Shown: piece after piece, positions 1 to 7,320 of the stretch | Layout: each line of letters starts with the position of its first letter | Position numbering within the stretch: position 1 is the stretch's first letter | Assembly (NCBI GenBank): GCA_964019335.1 | Contig: OZ025766.1 | Coordinates: 1 to 15,220 of the forward strand | From: Diplonema japonicum | Taxonomy: Eukaryota > Protista > Euglenozoa: Diplonemea | Direction of reading: 5' to 3' | Length of the DNA: 15,220 bases | Notes under the pieces: generated by a model | Databases searched by the model: none | What the model saw: only the letters and a program-made list of their open reading frames with translations | What the model was told of the DNA's origin: nothing | Position numbers and translations under genes: made by a program

Positions 1-24
1 TGACCGTGTGCCCCAAATCCGTAG

Positions 25-1065
25 GCTTTAGCGTAGCGGATGTCATGAACGTGCTTGGCGTAGATAGGACGGAGACACGATGTGATGGCTACTGCTCCAG
101 GCTTGCAACCCTATTCTGGGTCCAGAGCCGTGTGACAGTAATATTACAATGAGTGCTTGAGTATGCTCCGTATCTTCGGAGCTGAGGTAATATCCTCGTT
201 AAGAGGCTGGGAGTGCTGCTCCGAGGGACCAGACTTAGAGTTATTACCGAAGGCTACCATCGCGCCTCCGGGCAGCGGGGCCAACGACGAACCGAAGGCA
301 GGCCCCCACACTTCCATGAGAGGAGGGCAGGAAAGTGCATGTGTCGTGCACGGCTGCTTCATGACAGGTTCTGCAAGTGGCGTCTGTGTGGAGGCACAGC
401 AGGTCGAGTAACGGGTGATCGAGACGCTGGGCATACAGGATAAGAGGTAAAGGCTTGCCATCGCCTCCAGGTTAATCAAGTAGGTCTTGGCCTCCGTGCC
501 AACTACGCAGCATACCTGCGGCAAGGATTCCAGAGTCCCCATTTATGGAGGACCGATAAAGGATGGATGCATATCCTCAGATGTGCATTCAGAGCATCAT
601 CCGGATATAACAGCTAAGCTGATACAGCAGCTGTATAGCAGTAACGGTGTCTTAGTTACTGGCATCGGAGGATAGCGACTTGAGGGTACTCTTCAATGTA
701 CTGGAGTAATAGATCCGAACAGGGTGAATGGAGCGGGCATAAAGTGCGAAGTACGCCTGCCCTAGTCGCAGTAATTGGAGCAGAAGGAGTATATCCTCAG
801 GCGACGCAACGCGCCACGGCAAGGAAGGAGGTGATCAGAGGATGTAGGACTGGATGAGACAACCTCAGGCCTGTCGCATCCTTGTGTAAGATATCGCAAG
901 GATGCATCATGTCTGAGGGCATGCAGATAGCAGCAGACTACCAAGAGTGTGATTACCGCAGATGGCTCGACGGGACGAGAGAGATCATTCAAGGAGCTAA
1001 TCTTACACTCGTCGAATGCTGAGCTGCGGTTCATACTGCAACGATGAGGAATGGAAGCACGATTG
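25..1065 (-). CDS. cob: Scrambled cob micro-module array (partial first copy)
   Basis: Pieces: STFMTSATLK 25-55; AWSSSHHIV 76-102; LIVILLSH 130-153; GYYLSSEDT 169-195; VWSLGAAL 211-234; MVAFG 246-260; AFGSSLA 279-299; VWG 303-311; AVHDTCTFLP 325-354; LLCLHTDAT 376-402; LYLLSCMPS 426-452; QVCCVV 501-518; SGILAAG 515-534; PVTK...GWCSECTSEDM 570-662; IYYSSTLKST 685-714; YFALYARSIH 724-753; ILLLLQLL 769-792; YIL^LITSFL 820-846; YILHKD 877-894; SAVITLLVVCCYLHALR 912-962; IVLPFLIVAV 1034-1063. Confidence 0.8.
376..402 (-). CDS. cob: cob micro-module at the Qi site (LLCLH)
   Basis: LLCLHTDAT compared with LLFLHETGS. It continues in register with DNPLL at 7649-7669. Confidence 0.75.
570..662 (-). 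CDS. cob: cob module: C-terminal helix region
   Basis: PVTKTPLLLYSCCISLAVISGWCSECTSEDM compared with canonical ...LLILTWIGGQPVEHP; in-frame TGA=W. Confidence 0.6.
724..753 (-). CDS. cob: cob micro-module ending in the first heme His
   Basis: YFALYARSIH compared with canonical NYGWLIRYLH and kinetoplastid-type IRSVH. Confidence 0.75.
912..962 (-). CDS. cob: cob micro-module: helix B carrying the second heme His
   Basis: SAVITLLVVCCYLHALR aligns to canonical ANGASFFFICLYLHIGR. Joined to the 724-753 piece, it gives His-x13-His. Confidence 0.85.
1034..1065 (-). CDS. cob: cob micro-module: helix D, LPF motif
   Basis: (H)IVLPFLIVAV compared with canonical HFLLPFIIAAL. Confidence 0.8.
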
Positions 1066-1234
1066 CTGGCCGCTTCTTGGCCAGCAGGTGCGTCCCTAAG
1101 CTTGCACTCTGCAAGTCTACTCCAGGACCTAGGCGCGGCTTCATCGGAGAAGCCGGAAAGAGCGCGCTCCTTGCCACCTCTAGCAAGGCGCGCTCAGCGA
1201 AGGATCGCAATCCAGATGCGGGCCTTCGCAACCA

Positions 1235-1498
1235 GTCTACGTACTAGGTGTCTTCGTAGCCTTAGCAGGCTGTGTCATTGTGATGTACCCAGACACTCTG
1301 CATCATCCAGACAACTTCTGCTATGTAGACAGATACGTGACACCAAAGCACATCGTCCCAGAGTGATACTTCTTGCCATTCTATTCTATGCTCAGAGCCT
1401 GTAGCATCAAGGTAGTTGGTGTAGCGCTACTGGGCTGTGCTATATTGACGTACGTGTTTATGTGCTTGGTCGCTGGTCTCTATACTCACAGCAGAGGT
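1235..1498 (+). CDS. cob: Cytochrome b internal gene module (helix E to ef loop to helices F/G), TGA=Trp; no start or stop of its own
   Basis: Translates as VYVLGVFVALAGCVIVMYPDTLHHPDNFCYVDRYVTPKHIVPEWYFLPFYSMLRACSIKVVGVALLGCAILTYVFMCLVAGLYTHSRG. It contains PDN, TPxHIVPEWYFLPFY and LR..KxxGV; W is TGA at 1364-1366. The 3' end is approximate. Confidence 0.95.
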
Positions 1499-1531
1499 GC
1501 TCATGCCTACGCGGAACGTGGTCCGCAGCTA

Positions 1532-1616
1532 TGAGGTACATGGTTGGTAGAGTATACCGCCAGCACTCTTGCGATCAGATTGTGAGGTACATGGTTGGTA
1601 GAGTATACCGCCAGCA
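1532..1616. repeat. 34-bp direct repeat x2 at 51-bp spacing, marking the end of the coding array
   Basis: tgaggtacatggttggtagagtataccgccagca at 1532 and 1583 (also 9203-9287). Confidence 0.95.
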
Positions 1617-1697
1617 TAGCTCAGCTATGCTGGTAATGCTGTCAGCGTGTGTACAGAACATAGCACATGCCGCAGAGAATAGCGTGCTGAGTATCTG

Positions 1698-3118
1698 TAC
1701 AGTTAGCAGTCTGCTACTAGGATCCACAGAGGTCTAAATGTTGGTGAAACAACATATTTACTGTGTTACACTGTCTGCACTAATGGTATTACTACATGTC
1801 CCAATACTACAATAGTCAAGGGACTAATGTACTGCCTCCGTACTACTTGATATACTCTGATGCACCCTGATATCCCGGATGCCCCTTTTTGGGCTGAAAT
1901 GGCGTCCGAGGCTCACCGTGCCATTCCTGAAAAAGGGCATTTCATTTCTCAGAATTGGTCCCGGACCATTTCCTCCAGTCTTCGAATAAAATGAGGTACC
2001 TCCAATAAAAGTGATATTTTGGGGATGCCCAAATCCACTGATATTACTAGTCTTAGGATCTCACTGTTATATACTGTCTGCATACACCTCCATATTCTAC
2101 TCAGCATATGGCTAGATATCTACTGCACAGTATCCTGTAATGGCATCACATGAGTTCATACAGTTAGCAGTCTGCTACTAGGATCCACAGAGGTCTAAAT
2201 GTTGGTGAAACAACATATTTACTGTGTTACACTGTCTGCACTAATGGTATTACTACATGTCCCAATACTACAATAGTCAAGGGACTAATGTACTGCCTCC
2301 GTACTACTTGATATACTCTGATGCACCCTGATATCCCGGATGCCCCTTTTTGGGCTGAAATGGCGTCCGAGGCTCACCGTGCCATTCCTGAAAAAGGGCA
2401 TTTCATTTCTCAGAATTGGTCCCGGACCATTTCCTCCAGTCTTCGAATAAAATGAGGTACCTCCAATAAAAGTGATATTTTGGGGATGCCCAAATCCACT
2501 GATATTACTAGTCTTAGGATCTCACTGTTATATACTGTCTGCATACACCTCCATATTCTACTCAGCATATGGCTAGATATCTACTGCACAGTATCCTGTA
2601 ATGGCATCACATGAGTTCATACAGTTAGCAGTCTGCTACTAGGATCCACAGAGGTCTAAATGTTGGTGAAACAACATATTTACTGTGTTACACTGTCTGC
2701 ACTAATGGTATTACTACATGTCCCAATACTACAATAGTCAAGGGACTAATGTACTGCCTCCGTACTACTTGATATACTCTGATGCACCCTGATATCCCGG
2801 ATGCCCCTTTTTGGGCTGAAATGGCGTCCGAGGCTCACCGTGCCATTCCTGAAAAAGGGCATTTCATTTCTCAGAATTGGTCCCGGACCATTTCCTCCAG
2901 TCTTCGAATAAAATGAGGTACCTCCAATAAAAGTGATATTTTGGGGATGCCCAAATCCACTGATATTACTAGTCTTAGGATCTCACTGTTATATACTGTC
3001 TGCATACACCTCCATATTCTACTCAGCATATGGCTAGATATCTACTGCACAGTATCCTGTAATGGCATCACATGAGTTCATACAGTTAGCAGTCTGCTAC
3101 TAGGATCCACAGAGGTCT
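1698..3118. repeat. 461-bp tandem repeat: 3 copies plus a 38-bp partial
   Basis: tacagttagcagtctgctactaggatccacagaggtct starts at 1698, 2159, 2620 and 3081; the units look identical. Confidence 0.97.
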
Positions 3119-3509
3119 CACAAGCCTCGAATTAGGATCAGATAGCTTTGTATTGGATTGTCATCATCTATACGAGGATATGGGCATATCCATTGTGCAT
3201 TCTATTACCATCTACGTAATCAGGTGTTATTACGCTACAAACCACTTATTTACGTTTCCTAATAAATGGGATAAAACACAGTCCTCGTGGGAACAATGGA
3301 CTCTAAATATGACATATTTAGGGTGTCTTAGGATCACCGGTTGGTAGTCTGTCTGACAGGATATCCCCACAGCGTCGATCAAACAGTACTGATGACTACG
3401 CATTCCGTATATTACGGAATTATCAGAATCTCAAGGATTGGTGAGGTCCAGAATACTTAATGGGGATTCTACGTTGCACCCGCCGAAGGTAATATGATGT
3501 CTGGTTGGG

Positions 3510-3690
3510 GACAGCTTTTCCCAGGGTTTGAGCCCCATGTTTTCGACCTAAAAAGTGCAAAAATCCGGCCGCTTTTCCAGTTGGACTGTGCCGTGAAAAA
3601 CATGTACGAAATAATTGCCCCTTTTTGCCCCTTTTTCGGTCCCAAAAAGGGCCCATTTCTGGGGTTTACGGGACATTTTTGCAAATTAGC
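3510..3690. other. Phased A/T-tract region (predicted bent DNA)
   Basis: A/T runs of 3-5 nt recur roughly every 10-11 bp, separated by G/C runs (e.g. cctttttgccccttttt...aaaaagggcccattt). Confidence 0.65.
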
Positions 3691-3698
3691 GAATACCC

Positions 3699-4055
3699 CT
3701 CTGGGATGAGGCGATGAAATTCGTCAAATTCATCCGATACAGTCCTGTAACAACCCACGGCCCTGTAGCTATGCAATTCCTGGACACCTCTCTGGGCTCC
3801 TACGGGTGATTTCTGCAAATTAACCCGCTACAGTCCTGTAAGTCCTATACACGTAGCCTTTCTGGGAATTCCTGAATATTCTCTGGGAATTTACGGGGTA
3901 ATTCTTCAAATTCACCCGCCTCAGTCCCCAGAGATTCTACGTCCCTGCAGCTCTCCGATTTCGGGTCACGCCTCTGGGAGTTTACGGGGTAATTCTTCAA
4001 ATTCACCCGCCTCAGTCCCCAGAGATTCTACGTCCCTGCAGCTCTCCGATTTCGG
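3699..4055. repeat. 91-bp tandem array: 4 units with a divergence gradient
   Basis: ctctggg anchors at 3699, 3790, 3881 and 3972. The last two units are nearly identical and the first two are degenerate; there is a remnant near 4061. Confidence 0.88.
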
Positions 4056-4110
4056 AAACCCTTGTGGGACACTACGTAAGAATTATGCAAATTACCTCGC
4101 TATATCCCCC

Positions 4111-4128
4111 ACGCGCGCGCGCGCGCGT
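4111..4128. repeat. A(CG)8T palindromic dinucleotide tract
   Basis: acgcgcgcgcgcgcgcgt (also 11782-11799). Confidence 0.95.
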
Positions 4129-4129
4129 A

Positions 4130-4900
4130 AGGATACAAAAAGTCTGAAGACCAAAGGTCTTTCGGGCAGCCGCCCAAAAGGACCAAAGGTCGAAGACGCG
4201 ATGGGCCAACGGCACAGCGCAAGGACCGAAGGTCCGAGGCAAAGACCAAAGGCGAGGGACGAGCCACACTTCCACCCCAAAGAAGCCCACTGCAGGTGTC
4301 ACCAAGATCGGAGTACGAAGGAATAGAATGACTGGAGTTCGCGTAGTCAACGGAGCGGGCCCTCGGCAGAGTGTGGCAGTGCCACGCCTCAGCGTGAGCA
4401 CTGTCGCGGAACCATGGAACGAGGTGACTACTTGTCAAGCACATGCTAGTGCGACAAGTGCCACCGGGTGCGCAGGGAACTGGTTACTTGCGTAGCAAGA
4501 ACCAGGGCGGCCGCACTGCCCCGCTGGCCAGGCGTTGAAATGCTTGCGAAAGCCACCCTGAGGGGTGCGAGCATTTCAAGACAACAAGACAGAAAGCCCA
4601 CTGCAGGTGTCAAGAAGAACAGCCTCCGACCCGCATGAGCGAGGACGATGGGGCGAGACGGCGTGCGCCAGCAGCCAGGAGCCCCACGTTCCGAGTGGGC
4701 GCAGGAGGAGCGTAAGCCCCTGCGGGAACCTAGCATCCACGGTAGTGATGCGACGGTTTAGGCCCCTGCGGGAATAGAATGAATGAGGGTGTGCATCCGG
4801 AGCTAGGTGCAAAGCGGAGGACCTGCCACAGCCGAGAGCCTGTGCCTTTGTGATGCGAGGGTCGTCCCGTGAGCATGCCACAAATGGCCAGTGATTACTT
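4130..4900. other. GC-rich, purine-skewed non-coding block with dispersed short repeats
   Basis: gacc(a/g)aagg x4 within about 4148-4255; aagcccactgcaggtgtca at 4283 and 4594; ggaatagaatga at 4320 and 4771; gcccctgcgggaa at 4716 and 4762. Confidence 0.7.
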
Positions 4901-5015
4901 CCATAACTTATCAGTGAGTCAGACGCAATGCGAACGGTTTCTCACCTCTAGAGCGGGAGCTGCTCCAGCAGGAGCGAGGTGAGTAAGTAAGTTTCCCGAA
5001 ATGCAAGCGTGCGAT

Positions 5016-6192
5016 GTAGGTCAGATCTCGATAGCCCATTAGATGGCGCAACTAGGGGCAGAGATAGATCGCCGTATAGCAAGGAGCGCTGCAGGTCGAG
5101 GTGCGAACCTCAAGCATGTGAGGGAGGTAGCGTCTCCCAGTTAGGCAATCGCCTTCTGGGTGTGTGCCGGACGAGGAGCGTAGGGGTCCAGTACCGTGAT
5201 GAGGCAAACGCAGGTAGTTACTAGCAGAGTCGAACAGCGCCGCGTAGGAACGTATCCGTAGTAGTGTACGTAGTACACTAACGCAGGACATAAGAACCTA
5301 TGGTTCGTTGCCAGGGTGCATAGCGCCCGTACAGCGGTGCAGACGAGTAGGGACGAGCCTCGACGGTATTCGGAATAATATAAAAAGGAGGTGAAAAGCA
5401 TCACCCGATGCACAGAGACGAATCAAGGATATCATCCGTATCATGTAAGACAGGTGTCTAGCCTGAATACATGAGGTGGGGATGTCTCCGTCCGTTAGGT
5501 GATAAGGGTACCGAGGATGAAAGCCCGACAATACGAAGTATTGGCGCACGCCATCAACGGTGCCATGATCGGAACGTTATCGTAGTGTGCCAAGACCTTC
5601 ATCCGCTCAGAGGAGTCCATGGATGGAGGTTACAGGTACACGTGATTATGCACGTGGTACTGCCCGATAACGATTAGACTAGGTACATTCATGTACCTAA
5701 CGAGCTGATCCCGCATAGCGTGGAGCACGAATGTAAGGTCTAGGCGTGGGTAGTAACTGTGGTTATGCGATAGAGGCCTCCCAGTTCTCAGAGAGGTTCG
5801 GCCGCAGGGTAGGTATGGCGACCGAGGTCCAGGAATGGCGATGACGCCAGAGAACCGAGCTCGAAGATCGGGGGACGTACTTTGACCTCAACACTGATCC
5901 ATCCCGCACCTGGGATGGATGCGTAGTGATGCGTAGATCACGTGCAGCTGCTCTCTTGGAAGAGAAGCTGAACATTAAGAGTGATCGAGATACCGCTGCA
6001 GTATGTGGTACCAGACTGAGAGGGAATAGCATGCCACTACAAGACATGAGGAGGTCAGGCCACCATTGATAGTCGTCGAGTCCCCACGAACCACGAGACG
6101 GCTCCTCCGCGCAATGGTGGTCGTAATGCAGAGTGAGCGTAGCGTGGCACATTAGAGCAGCGGAAGATGATCTCCGGCCATAGGAGAATCAG
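5016..6192 (-). CDS. cox3: Scrambled cox3 micro-module cluster
   Basis: QYHV 5651-5662 + LASSP 5836-5850; FVLHAMRD 5708-5731 + DLTY 5016-5027 + EGLG 5589-5600; HTAAVSRSLLM 5973-6005 + GM 6030-6035 + LILLWPEIIF 6163-6192; SISAPSCAI 5042-5068; LPPSH 5116-5130; CNLHPW 5617-5634 + AIPTL 5805-5819 + NTV 5362-5370 + LMYSG 5461-5475; YFVLSGFH 5517-5540 + AFHL 5388-5399 + ILGTLI 5501-5518 + MISLIRLC 5412-5435; EASIA 5766-5780; WH^VDGV 5547-5565. Confidence 0.68.
5517..5565 (-). CDS. cox3: cox3 signature pieces WH(F)VDGV and YFVLSGFH, in reversed order relative to the protein
   Basis: They match canonical YWHFVDVVW and FFVATGFHG. Confidence 0.75.
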
Positions 6193-6365
6193 CTGACTCT
6201 TAGCGAGTGCCGATGGACTTGTGCTCGTTTCTGGGCGAGCAAGTGACAAGGACATATTTTGAAGGGTAAGCGGAGCGCCGCGTATTGCCCCCGTGCTGAC
6301 GGTAGGCCATACCTCACCACAACGTGTGGGGAGCAGATACCTATAAGGTATATGGCAGTGCGCAG

Positions 6366-7320
6366 ACACCCTGAACATATATGTACTTGTCCGTCAAGGC
6401 CATTAGGAAAAGAGAGAAGGTCGGAGGGGACGTGCACCATCAGCCCTGCGTCGAGAAGAGCCCTCGAGGGCTGCCTATGCATCCACCTTAGTGGAGGAGC
6501 AGCACAGAGGTATCCTCGATGGATGGCAGCGTTAGACCTTTTGTCTTGTGAATACAGCCTATTGCGCAAGCATAGATCATGGTACATGGAATAGGCATGC
6601 AGCGGATGGGTAGGCTGTATGAATGGGCTCTGAAGGGACTAAGGACCTGAGATCACCAGCCTCCAAACTGGTGATAGCAGATTGGTCCAGCAACAGGACT
6701 AGAGGTCTTACTGTTGTGGTCCCGAGAAGAGAGTCGCCCCCGAAGCGACCGAGAGCCACCAGGATAGGTGCTGTAGAGACAAGCATTGGATCGAATGTCT
6801 GGCCCTGAACCTTACAGTATATCACTATCGGTGTATATGCGCTGAGGAGAATGGTCCAGGCAGAGAACGACGCAAGGAATAGGCACCGCATGACCAGCTC
6901 CCATTCTGATGCACACAGCCGTGAAGTAGATATGGGAGTGCAGTTCCTGCGATGAGAATCTAGCAGGCCATAATGGTGCCTCCGTGTACCAGCAATGATC
7001 AGCCTGAGAACTAGATACGAATGCAGGGCATCTCTGTAAGAGATATTGGTGCAAAGCGCAAGGCACATCAGCCACCCATAGGCTGATGAATTACTAAGCG
7101 GAACACCAGCTTCTAAGTCCACGTACGCCATACAAGCATAGTGAGTAGGAGCGCTATCGTGTGAGCTTTCTATGTATAGAATAAGGAAGTGGGACCTTCC
7201 GGATATAGAGTGCCTCCGTGCACTCATGACCGATAGGGAATACTGTGGTTGCTGGCAGCATACTACTAACAGTAGTGTTGCTCCATAGGCCAACAGTAGG
7301 CTGATGAGCAGTGTGTGAAT
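6366..7320 (-). CDS. atp6: Scrambled atp6 (ATP synthase subunit a) micro-module cluster
   Basis: LFST 6450-6460 + TFDPMLV 6778-6798; GWLMCLALCTN 7045-7077 + TNLLS 6672-6686 + LVPSEPIH 6619-6642 + SHIYFTAVC 6911-6937 + SFSAWTILL 6844-6870 + AIGCIHKT 6542-6565; KYIYVQGV 6366-6388 + VPWSMLA 6565-6585 + PLVLLLD 6685-6705 + DLLSF 6408-6422 + RCL 6880-6888 + LVFRLVI 7089-7109 + NAAI 6522-6533 + SHFLILYIE 7168-7194; TIALLLTMLVW 7128-7160 + ELVM 6889-6900 + CLIQSY 8515-8532 + LVLRLII 6994-7014. These rebuild RLxxNxxxxH and ExxxxxIQxY. Confidence 0.68.

Noticed and set aside
72-98. Alternative frame GAVAITSCL as cob GATVITNLL
   Set aside because: AWSSSHHIV from the same DNA fills an otherwise empty slot, and ATTVF + LYLLSCMP cover that motif. 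Not fully excluded.
1412-1423. GTAGTTGGTGTA resembling the kinetoplast UMS GGGGTTGGTGTA
   Set aside because: It has two mismatches and is simply the VVGV codons of cob.
1532-1616. CRISPR-like repeat-spacer
   Set aside because: There are only two repeats with a 17-bp spacer, no cas genes, and the context is organellar.
3153-4881. Short ORFs in the non-coding region
   Set aside because: They are low-complexity translations of tracts and repeats with no motifs.
5001-5474. + strand gene with TAA/TAG read as Gln
   Set aside because: Read-through gives no recognisable protein; the TAG/TAA excess mirrors CTA/TTA Leu codons on the minus strand.
5980-6000. CSGISIT as cox3 SGVSIT
   Set aside because: The overlapping frame HTAAVSRSLLM fits HT..V..GL..GM in exact register, and LMYSG is an alternative source for the SG motif.
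7095-7130. AYVDLEAG as nad3 FDLE
   Set aside because: No other nad3 motif was found, and the flanking bases are explained by atp6 pieces.
6577-7293. 238-aa minus-strand ORF (longest in the track) as a real gene
   Set aside because: It is a chance in-frame chain of several atp6/cob pieces and spacers in non-colinear order, and neighbouring pieces use other frames.
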